Of a stretch of 63,153 nt of DNA, positions 47,051-54,421 are shown one piece after another. Below the pieces are notes generated by a model. The model was not told where the DNA came from, searched no databases, and saw only the letters and a program-made list of their open reading frames with translations. Source of the stretch: a virus (Duplodnaviria; Caudoviricetes); the IMG/VR virus record IMGVR_UViG_3300042881_003513, positions 1 to 63,153 of that record, one strand, 5' to 3'. Position 1 is the stretch's first letter. Each line of letters starts with the position of its first letter. A program made the position numbers and the translations under genes.

Positions 47051-47951
47051 TTCCGCCGTTGAAGTTCACGACCCTGCCACGAAGCAGAGTGCATCTTGGA
47101 GCGGGGGGACTTCTAAAACACAAGCCGAAGGCCCAATCCACATCATCTCGCTCGGCGCGGGCGTGCAAAGCTCTACGATGGCGCTGATGGCGGCGCACGG
47201 CGAGATCACGCCGATGCCCACGGCGGCGGTGTTCGCGGACACACACGCGGAACCGGAAAGCGTGTATCGCTGGCTCGAATGGCTGGAAACGAAACTGCCG
47301 TTTCCGGTGCATCGCGTGAGCAAAGGCGACCTCGCCCGCGTGTCGCTGACTGTGCGCGACAAGAAAGACGGCACCGGAAAATGGGTGAAGTCCCTAATCC
47401 CGGCGTTCATCCAGAATCCAGACGGAAGCCGTGGAATCATGGGGCGTGCCTGCACGTTCGATTACAAGGTGATGCAGTTGGAAGCTGCGGCGAAACGAAT
47501 CGGCGAGATCAAGCGGAACCAAAAGACGGTCGGCGTGATCCAGTGGATCGGAATCAGCCTCGACGAAGCGCATCGCATGAAGCCTGCACGCAAGGCGTGG
47601 GTGGAGCATCGCTGGCCGCTGATAGACGCGGGCATGAAGCGGCACGATTGCTTGCGGTGGATGGAGCGGATGGGCTACCCGAAGCCTCCGCGCTCGGCCT
47701 GCATCTACTGCCCGTTTCACAGCGACGCTGAATGGCGAAGATTGAAGGACGAGGAGCCGAAAGAGTTTGCTCGCGCGGTGCAATTCGAGCGCGACCTGCA
47801 ACACGCGAAATCTCAGACGGACAACCAGCGTGGAAAGCCGTTCCTGCACAACTCACTGAAACCGCTCGACCAGGTGGATCTGAGCACGGACATCGAACGC
47901 GGACAGGGCGAGATGTTCGGAAACGACTGCACGGGGCTTTGCGGCGTATGA
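46974..47951 (+). CDS. PP-loop / PAPS-reductase-like phage protein
   Basis: ISLGAGVQSS, FADT..EP, WIGISLDE, RWPL, PPRSACIYCPF, terminal CTGLC. Confidence 0.8.
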   Translation: MSTPPDLLTPHGSTTTGVFAAAAGYLSAVEVHDPATKQSASWSGGTSKTQAEGPIHIISLGAGVQSSTMALMAAHGEITPMPTAAVFADTHAEPESVYRWLEWLETKLPFPVHRVSKGDLARVSLTVRDKKDGTGKWVKSLIPAFIQNPDGSRGIMGRACTFDYKVMQLEAAAKRIGEIKRNQKTVGVIQWIGISLDEAHRMKPARKAWVEHRWPLIDAGMKRHDCLRWMERMGYPKPPRSACIYCPFHSDAEWRRLKDEEPKEFARAVQFERDLQHAKSQTDNQRGKPFLHNSLKPLDQVDLSTDIERGQGEMFGNDCTGLCGV

Positions 47952-48109
47952 CTCGTGCAACCGCCAGCGTCCGCTTTCGAGGAATGCGTGTGGGGCTTCC
48001 GAAGGGTAGCGCCGACCCTCGGCACTCTGAGTCGGGGAACAATCAAGCTCAGAGACCGCGAGCCGGGAGCGGGGCATCTGAAACAATACCGGCATCCAAA
48101 ATACCATGA
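47948..48109 (+). CDS. Short coupled ORF running into attC-6
   Basis: ATGA overlaps at both ends; may be a cassette remnant. Confidence 0.35.
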   Translation: MTRATASVRFRGMRVGLPKGSADPRHSESGNNQAQRPRAGSGASETIPASKIP

Positions 48110-48162
48110 AACACCGAATCCAAACCGCCAAGCTCGCGGTTCTCTGCAGCGCCTTGTTAGCC
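48034..48162 (-). other. attC-6
   Basis: GGGGAAC-N6-GCT-CAGAG-ACCGCGAGC ... GCTCGCGGT-T-CTCTG-C-AGC-N5-GTTAGCC. Confidence 0.92.
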
Positions 48163-48378
48163 CTTGGCGCTTGCTCGAAAGACCCAATCAGCAAGGCCGG
48201 AACGAACAATCCTGAAATCACCGTTGAACTCCTATTCGAGAAGGACGGCGTGAAGGTCTATCGCTTCACGGACTCGGGTAGAAGCATCTACTACACCGAT
48301 GCGCGTGGGCGCACGGACTGGTCAGTGAACCAAGGCAAGAACGGCGTCCGTCACTTCGGCGTGGAGACAGCGCAATGA
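48106..48378 (+). CDS. Lipoprotein, DUF4884-like
   Basis: LGAC lipobox; VELLFEKDGVKVYRFTD.GRSIYYT. Confidence 0.7.
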   Translation: MKHRIQTAKLAVLCSALLALGACSKDPISKAGTNNPEITVELLFEKDGVKVYRFTDSGRSIYYTDARGRTDWSVNQGKNGVRHFGVETAQ

Positions 48379-48382
48379 AAAG

Positions 48383-48472
48383 GGCTAACGAATAAGCTCA
48401 TGGACACGCCTCACTTCGCTCTCGAATTACAGGAACCGCTCAAGGCGTGTTCCATGCAGCGCATGGGTCTGC
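48383..48472 (-). other. attC-7 (GGT/ACC core)
   Basis: GGCTAAC-N6-GCT-CATGG-ACACGCCT ... AGGCGTGT-T-CCATG-C-AGC-N5-GGTCTGC. Confidence 0.9.
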
Positions 48473-49239
48473 GAACGCCCGGACAAGAGCCGCGCGTGGC
48501 ACGCACGAAAGATGCGGTGCGGAGCGGAGTGGGCGGAGTTCTGCGCTCCGTGTATGAGGACCAGCACGACATCCTCGAAGCCATCCGGCAACTGCACTGC
48601 CCCGAAGGCTACGAAGCAGATTTGACGTTTGGAAATGGTAGCTTCTGGAAGCGCCTGCCGCGCCCGAAATACTGCTTCGACGTGACGCCGCTGCATGAGG
48701 GCGTGGTGCAAGCGGACTCGCGGATGCTGCCGCTCGCGCCAGCGAGCCTCGGCAACGCCGTGTTCGATCCGCCGTTCCTGACCTACGTGCAAGCCGGACG
48801 CGCCCACAAAGAGGGCAAGGTGGCGATGACTGCGCGCTTCGGTGGATACTACCGCTACGACGAACTGGAAGACCACTACCGGGACACAATCAGCGAGTGC
48901 TACCGAGTCCTGCGCCCGAAGGGCAAACTGGTCTTCAAGTGCCAAGACATCATCCACAATCACCGGATGCACTGCACGCACGTCAACGTCATCCAGATGG
49001 CCGAAATCGAAGGCTTCCGGCTCGCGGATTTGTTCGTGCTTCCGGCCCGCCATCGGATGCCGTCGCCGCAACGCGGCACCCAACGGCACGCACGAATCTT
49101 CCACAGTTACTTTTTGGTGTTCGAGCGCGATGCCTCTGCGGGCGGCGGGGGTGCGGAGCTGGGGGCAAATAAGAGCAAGCGTGGAACGAAGAGCGGCGCG
49201 CGTTCGCAGACCGAAAAGCTCACCGACGCGCCGAGATAG
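48400..49239 (+). CDS. Putative amino DNA methyltransferase
   Basis: DLTFGNGSFW (SAM-binding), VFDPPF (catalytic), ECYRVLRPKG.LVFKCQD. Confidence 0.75.
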   Translation: MDTPHFALELQEPLKACSMQRMGLRTPGQEPRVARTKDAVRSGVGGVLRSVYEDQHDILEAIRQLHCPEGYEADLTFGNGSFWKRLPRPKYCFDVTPLHEGVVQADSRMLPLAPASLGNAVFDPPFLTYVQAGRAHKEGKVAMTARFGGYYRYDELEDHYRDTISECYRVLRPKGKLVFKCQDIIHNHRMHCTHVNVIQMAEIEGFRLADLFVLPARHRMPSPQRGTQRHARIFHSYFLVFERDASAGGGGAELGANKSKRGTKSGARSQTEKLTDAPR

Positions 49240-49324
49240 CGCCTCGCAAACACACTGACTTTATGAAAAAGAAAACCGTCAAAAACACGAAGAAGGCGCG
49301 TTCGAGTGCAGCGCATGGTTCGGC
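49206..49324 (-). other. attC-8 (near copy of attC-3)
   Basis: Stems identical to attC-3; differences only in the loop. Confidence 0.9.
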
Positions 49325-49511
49325 GATTCCCGCGTCGAAGCTACTACGAGCCGAAGCAACCCGCCTCGACGTGCTGAAACACGCGATGCCAGATGCAGCC
49401 GAGGACATGATAGCGGCTCAGGTGTGGGCCTACAACATGGCGGCGGCATACCTCGACGCTCTAGGCGCGCCGGAGAAACTGGTGCGCTACGTGCCTTCGC
49501 CGAACAGATGA
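49263..49511 (+). CDS. Hypothetical cassette protein
   Basis: Starts in the attC-8 loop; stop lies in attI. Confidence 0.6.
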   Translation: MKKKTVKNTKKARSSAAHGSAIPASKLLRAEATRLDVLKHAMPDAAEDMIAAQVWAYNMAAAYLDALGAPEKLVRYVPSPNR

Positions 49512-49536
49512 TTCCGCAGAAAAAAATCCGCATATC
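49499..49536 (-). other. Putative attI site
   Basis: Minus strand GCGGAAT-catct-GTTCGGC (imperfect inverse core, 5-bp spacer, core) with repeated TGCGGA; no attC hairpin. Confidence 0.65.
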
Positions 49537-49617
49537 ATGAAAAAGACAGAACTGATCGAACAGCTACAAATCGCGATTCGGCGCAAGCACTACAACTACG
49601 CGACCGTGAACCAATGA
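49537..49617 (+). pseudogene. intI: Truncated integron integrase N-terminus
   Basis: MKKTELIEQLQIAIRRKHYNYATVNQ* resembles the IntI start LLDQ.R..IR..HYS..T; canonical position next to attI. Confidence 0.7.
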
Positions 49618-51170
49618 TCGCCCGCCCTTACCAATCCGCCTCCGTCGAGAGCGTAGAGCAGGCATTTCGCGAGTTTTCCAAAGTGCTCGGCGTGGCTGCG
49701 ACCGGGGCCGGAAAGACGATCGTGTTCTCGATGTTCACGCAGCGGCACCTTGCGGAATCGGACACGAACCGCGTGCTCATCATCGCGCACCGCGAGGAAC
49801 TGCTGACTCAGGCGGCGCAGAAACTCATGCGCGCGACGGGTATCAACTCCGAACTGGAGCGCGCGGATGCGCGCGCAAGCCTCGACGCCCGCGTGGTGGT
49901 CGCGAGCATTCAGACACTCTGCCGACGCTTCGAGCGGTTCCCGGCGAACCATTTCACGCGGATCATCGTGGATGAATGCCATCACGCACTGGCGGACAGC
50001 TACCAGCCGGCGCTCCAGTATTTCCTCGGCGGCAGCGCGAAAGTCTTGGGCGTGACTGCAACGCCGGGAACGAAGGGCAAGAAGGCGCTCGGGAATTTCT
50101 TCGAGACGATCGCTTTCGAGGTCGGGCTGATTGAGTTGATCCGCGCGGGCTACCTATCCCCGATCAGCGTCAAGAGCTTCCCGCTCATCGGCGGGGGCGC
50201 GGAACCGATCTCGTTTGCGGTCAAGAATGGCGACTACGATCAGGAGCAGGTGGATCACGCCCTCGATCCCTACCTTGAGAGCATCGTTGCGCGGCTCGGC
50301 GCGGAGATTGGCGACCGTAAGACGCTCGTTTTTCTGCCGCTCATCAAGACGGTGGAGCGGTTCGTGGCGCTGTGCAATGCGGCGGGACTGAAGGCCGCGG
50401 GCGTGAGCGGCGTGAGCGAGGAACGGGCAGACATCCTTTCCGCGCACGGCACGGACTTTCAGATCCTCGCGAACTCGATGTTGCTGACCGAGGGCTATGA
50501 CGACCCGGCGATCTCGGCGATGATGATCCTGCGGCCGACGCGCTCAGAGATTCTTTTCTCGCAAATGGTGGGGCGCGGCACGCGAGTCTATTGCCCGTGG
50601 GGATGCACCGAACGATGCACGCACGGATCGCGGAAGCGCAACCTGCTGTTGTTGGATCCGCTTTGGCTCCACGAGGACATGAACCTGGTGCGACCGGCGA
50701 ACCTTGTGACCGGACGAGACGAGGACCGCAGGAGCATGAGCGAGCGCGTGGCGGCGAAGCAGGAGGAACTCGATCTTCTGAACATGCTCGCCGACGCGGA
50801 GCATGACCGGGAAAAATCACTCGCCGAGAAGCTGGCGCGCATGGAGAAGCGAAAGACGAAGACGATCAGCGTGGAGGAGTGGGCGGTGCTCGCGCACGCG
50901 CCGAACATTGCGGATTTTGAACCGACGATGCGGTGGCACGAATCGCCGATCTCGCCAAAGCAGGCGGAAATGCTGGTGCGCTTCGGCTTCGACGCCGGGA
51001 GCGTCCGGGGCCGCGGGCACGCATCGGCGCTGCTAGACGTGTTCTTTTCCCGCCGGAAGCAGGGACTCGCGACCGTGGCGCAGGTGCGGCTGATGACGAG
51101 GATGAAGCACCCGAACCCTGAGACGGAGACTTTCGCCGGCGCGAAGGCGTGGCTCGACCAACGATTTTAA
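49614..51170 (+). CDS. Superfamily 2 DExH helicase
   Basis: RPYQ, ATGAGKT, DECHH, TAT, TEGYDDP, QMVGRGTR. Confidence 0.92.
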   Translation: MIARPYQSASVESVEQAFREFSKVLGVAATGAGKTIVFSMFTQRHLAESDTNRVLIIAHREELLTQAAQKLMRATGINSELERADARASLDARVVVASIQTLCRRFERFPANHFTRIIVDECHHALADSYQPALQYFLGGSAKVLGVTATPGTKGKKALGNFFETIAFEVGLIELIRAGYLSPISVKSFPLIGGGAEPISFAVKNGDYDQEQVDHALDPYLESIVARLGAEIGDRKTLVFLPLIKTVERFVALCNAAGLKAAGVSGVSEERADILSAHGTDFQILANSMLLTEGYDDPAISAMMILRPTRSEILFSQMVGRGTRVYCPWGCTERCTHGSRKRNLLLLDPLWLHEDMNLVRPANLVTGRDEDRRSMSERVAAKQEELDLLNMLADAEHDREKSLAEKLARMEKRKTKTISVEEWAVLAHAPNIADFEPTMRWHESPISPKQAEMLVRFGFDAGSVRGRGHASALLDVFFSRRKQGLATVAQVRLMTRMKHPNPETETFAGAKAWLDQRF

Positions 51171-51182
51171 GAAAACCACAAA

Positions 51183-51371
51183 ATGAACCTGCCAACCTAC
51201 AAGGAATACTCGTACGACGAGCCGATCCAGAAACAGACCGCGATCCACATGAACCACCTGCTCGATTTCATCCACAACGCCAACCCGCCTTTGAAGGTGA
51301 AGGAAGCGGCGAAATTCATCGCTGACGAAATGGCGATGCACCGCGAGCTGCGCGAGGAGGACGAGGTATGA
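51183..51371 (+). CDS. Hypothetical protein
   Basis: A/C-rich leader; coupled to the next gene. Confidence 0.55.
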   Translation: MNLPTYKEYSYDEPIQKQTAIHMNHLLDFIHNANPPLKVKEAAKFIADEMAMHRELREEDEV

Positions 51372-51877
51372 GCGATCTTTTTGGCGGAAAAAAAGACGAC
51401 TGGGCGACCCCGCAGTGGTTGTTCGACGCGCTCGATGATGAGTTTGATTTCGGGCTGGACCCGTGCTGCTACGCGCACACGGCGAAGTGCGATCTGTTCT
51501 TCACCGAGGCGGACGACGGGCTGGCGCAGTCATGGCATGGCCGGAGCGTGTACGTGAATCCGCCCTATTCCGAGATGAACGACTGGATGAGGAAGTGCGC
51601 GGACGAGTCGCGCAAGGGCGCGAAGGTGATCGTGGCGCTCGTGCCGGCGCGCACGGACACGAAGGCGTGGCAGGATACCGTGCTCCGAACCGCGGACGAG
51701 ATCCGATTCATCCGCGGGCGCGTGCAATTTGTCGGCGCGGAGGCAGGGGCGAAATTCCCGAGCGCACTGGTGATCTGGCGGCACCGGCTGAACCTGCTCG
51801 ACCGGAACCCGTCGCGGCATTCGCTGAAGGTGGGCGGTTTCGACATTCGCGCGCTGAAGCCGAAGGGGGCAAAATGA
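51368..51877 (+). CDS. Phage N6-adenine DNA methyltransferase (Dam-like)
   Basis: DWATPQWLF, LDPC, DDGL, VNPPYS, LVPARTDT, IRFIRGR. Confidence 0.9.
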   Translation: MSDLFGGKKDDWATPQWLFDALDDEFDFGLDPCCYAHTAKCDLFFTEADDGLAQSWHGRSVYVNPPYSEMNDWMRKCADESRKGAKVIVALVPARTDTKAWQDTVLRTADEIRFIRGRVQFVGAEAGAKFPSALVIWRHRLNLLDRNPSRHSLKVGGFDIRALKPKGAK

Positions 51878-52086
51878 GCGAGGCCGAGATCCACGCCGTC
51901 GCGAACCAGATCGCGACCGAAACGGCAACGAGGCTGTGCGCCGTGCTGCGGGACGGCGGCGCGCTGCCGCTTCTTGATTCTCAGGAGCCCGTAGTGCTCC
52001 TGTCACTGAAGCTGGCGGCGACGCAGGGCTTCGAGCAGGGATTCGCGGCGTGTGCCGCGATGACCGAGAGAACCCCAAAAGCATGA
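51874..52086 (+). CDS. Hypothetical protein
   Basis: ATGA-coupled small ORF. Confidence 0.5.
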   Translation: MSEAEIHAVANQIATETATRLCAVLRDGGALPLLDSQEPVVLLSLKLAATQGFEQGFAACAAMTERTPKA

Positions 52087-52123
52087 GTAACCACGCAATC
52101 CACCGCAGCCAGAAATCCGAAGC

Positions 52124-54421
52124 ATGAACCTCGACGAAATCAAAGAATCCCTGCGCGAGCGCGCGGCAGAACTCGCAACCTTCCTTTTTCCCACCGGCAA
52201 GATGGCCGGCAGAGAGTGGCAGATCGGCGACGTGAGCGGATCGCCGGGATCGTCGCTTTCGATCTGCACGAGCGGCTTGAAGGCTGGCGTGTGGAAGGAC
52301 TGGAGCACGGGGGAGACCGGCACCTTGCTCGACCTCTGGGCGATGCGGCACGGCTACCACGGCGGCGACGGATGGGTGGCGAAGGCGGGCGAAGAGTGCG
52401 CGTCGTGGCTCGGCGGGCAATTTGAGAAGCGCCAGAAAGACGGCACGACGGCACCCGCGGCAACCAATGGGAGCCATCCGGCACCCGCTCGCCCGCGCGT
52501 GGCAACACCCCCGCCGCGTCCGACGCCGAGGGTGAAGCCAGCGGCGCTCCCGGCGCTGCCAAGCTACGCCGACGAGTGGCAGAAGTGCGTGGAGGCGATG
52601 ACGAGCAAGGCGCTGGCGCAACTCTGCGAGCAACGCGGCTTTTCGCTGTCGTTCGGTGGCTGGCTCGTGGCGCAAGGGCTCATCGGCCTGCATGAGACTC
52701 GGCACGGACTGGCACTCGCGCTGCCGGTGCATGACGAGAGCGGCGCGGTGATCGCGGCGCACGTTCGCAACCGACAGAAGGACGCGGCGGGCAACCCGCT
52801 CGATCCGCCGCCTCCGAAATGGCAGTATCGCTATCACGGCGAGCAATCGCCTGGCACGCGGCCGCTCATCATCGGCGACATCGCCAAGGCATCGAAACTC
52901 TACACGTTCGAGAGCCAGTGGGACGCCTTCGCGGTGATCGACCGGCTCGGGCTGCACCGCGGCGAGGCTGAATGGCCGCCGATTGCGTTTTTCATCACGC
53001 GCGGTGCCAGCAACGCGGCGATCCTCGCCCGCTACATCACCGAGGGGCGCGCGCTCATCCTCTGGCCGCAGAACGACCAGCCGACCGAGGCGGGGAAGAT
53101 TCCGGCGGAGGAGTGGGTGAAAAGCATCGTGTCGCTCGCTGGAAGTGTGCCGTGCAGGCGCGTGGCGACGCCGAAAGAATACGAGGATCCAAACGACTGG
53201 CTGAACAAGGACCGAGAGGCTGGCGCGATCCAGCTTTTTGAGGCGATCTCCCAAGCTGTGCCAGCGCGCACGACGAAGCTGCCGCCGATGCGGGACATGG
53301 CTTTCGCCATCCGGCCCGAGAATCGTTCGCCGGTTCCGCCGGAGGTGATCAAGGGCATCCTCCACCGCGGATCGAAGATGGTGATCGGCGGGACGAGCAA
53401 GGGGCGGAAATCGTTTTCCCTGCTCGATCTCGCTGTTGCTGTGGCGACCGGCGGCAAGTGGTGGGGCTTCGATTGCAATCAGGGGCGCGTGCTCTACCTC
53501 AACTTCGAGATCCAGCAGCCGTTCCTCGAGGCGCGCGTGTTCGACATCACGCAGGCGAGGGAGACGACGGTGATGCCGGGATATTTCCAAAGCATCTCGC
53601 TCCGCGGTTCGATCGAGACGGTGGAAGACCTGGCAAAAGACCTGATCGCCTACATCCTCGATTTGGAGCCATTCGCCATGATCATCTTCGATCCGGTGTA
53701 CAAGCTCATGGCTGGCAAGGACGAGAACAAGGCGGGTGACGTGGGCACGATCATGGCGCACCTTGAGCGCGTGAGCGTGGAGACCGGCGCGGCGATCGTC
53801 TTCGGCGCGCATTACTCCAAGGGGAACCAGTCGGCGAAGGAGAGCATTGACCGCATCGGCGGCTCCGGCGTGTTCGCCCGCGATCCTGACGCGATCCTGA
53901 CGATGACCGGGCACGAAGTGGAGAACGCTTTCACCGTGGAGGCGACGCTTCGCAACTACAAGCCGATCGATCCTTTCGTCGTCGGCTGGCAGTATCCGCT
54001 TTTCTCGCGTGATGACTCGGGGCTGGATCCCGCGGCGCTGAAGATGCCGCCGGGGAAGAAGGGCGAGAAGGAGAAGGGCGGCGACCGGTGGGAGGGCGGG
54101 CGCAACCTTCGGAAGAACGACCGGCTTTTGCCCGCGCTCGAACTGCTGCGACTCTGCTACACCGAGGTTCCGCGTGCCGTGCGGATGTACGACGCGACGC
54201 GGAAGGCGGTGGCGACGATGTTCGACGGTCTCGGCAACCCGCTGAAGGAGGACACGGCGAAGAAGTATTTCTACAAGCTGAAGGACGACGGTTACATCGT
54301 GAAGGATTCCGGTTCATCCAACTGGATCACCACGAAGCTCGGCGACGATTACCTCGACGCGCGGGCCGCAAAAGATTCCGCAGAACCAACAACTGAACCA
54401 ACAACTGAACCAACAACATGA
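52124..54421 (+). CDS. Primase-helicase (Toprim-like + RepA/AAA_25 helicase)
   Basis: LFP.GK..G.EW..GD..G.PG.SL N-terminus; ESQWD, PQND, EDPNDW; GGTSKGRKS, FDP, AHYSKG, GGSG.FARDPD. Confidence 0.85.
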   Translation: MNLDEIKESLRERAAELATFLFPTGKMAGREWQIGDVSGSPGSSLSICTSGLKAGVWKDWSTGETGTLLDLWAMRHGYHGGDGWVAKAGEECASWLGGQFEKRQKDGTTAPAATNGSHPAPARPRVATPPPRPTPRVKPAALPALPSYADEWQKCVEAMTSKALAQLCEQRGFSLSFGGWLVAQGLIGLHETRHGLALALPVHDESGAVIAAHVRNRQKDAAGNPLDPPPPKWQYRYHGEQSPGTRPLIIGDIAKASKLYTFESQWDAFAVIDRLGLHRGEAEWPPIAFFITRGASNAAILARYITEGRALILWPQNDQPTEAGKIPAEEWVKSIVSLAGSVPCRRVATPKEYEDPNDWLNKDREAGAIQLFEAISQAVPARTTKLPPMRDMAFAIRPENRSPVPPEVIKGILHRGSKMVIGGTSKGRKSFSLLDLAVAVATGGKWWGFDCNQGRVLYLNFEIQQPFLEARVFDITQARETTVMPGYFQSISLRGSIETVEDLAKDLIAYILDLEPFAMIIFDPVYKLMAGKDENKAGDVGTIMAHLERVSVETGAAIVFGAHYSKGNQSAKESIDRIGGSGVFARDPDAILTMTGHEVENAFTVEATLRNYKPIDPFVVGWQYPLFSRDDSGLDPAALKMPPGKKGEKEKGGDRWEGGRNLRKNDRLLPALELLRLCYTEVPRAVRMYDATRKAVATMFDGLGNPLKEDTAKKYFYKLKDDGYIVKDSGSSNWITTKLGDDYLDARAAKDSAEPTTEPTTEPTT

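Larger units (their letters stand above)
44859..49617 (-). mobile_element. Integron: 8 attC cassettes + attI + truncated intI
   Basis: Repeated attC hairpins with extrahelical bases; inter-site core complementarity; IntI N-terminal remnant divergent from the array. Confidence 0.85.

Noticed and set aside
44859-49324. CRISPR array interpretation of the recurring GCAGCGCATGGTTCG repeats
   Set aside because: Repeats are long variable palindromes separated by gene-sized ORFs, not constant repeats with 30-40 nt spacers; no cas operon
51530-53914. Long antisense ORFs (794 aa here; also 9439-11211, 18328-19944, 33657-35468)
   Set aside because: Shadow frames of GC3-rich plus-strand genes with no recognisable motifs
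54383-54417. 12-bp tandem repeat (EPTT)n at the primase-helicase end
   Set aside because: Simple slippage repeat that also forms the next gene's A/C-rich leader; no wider structure
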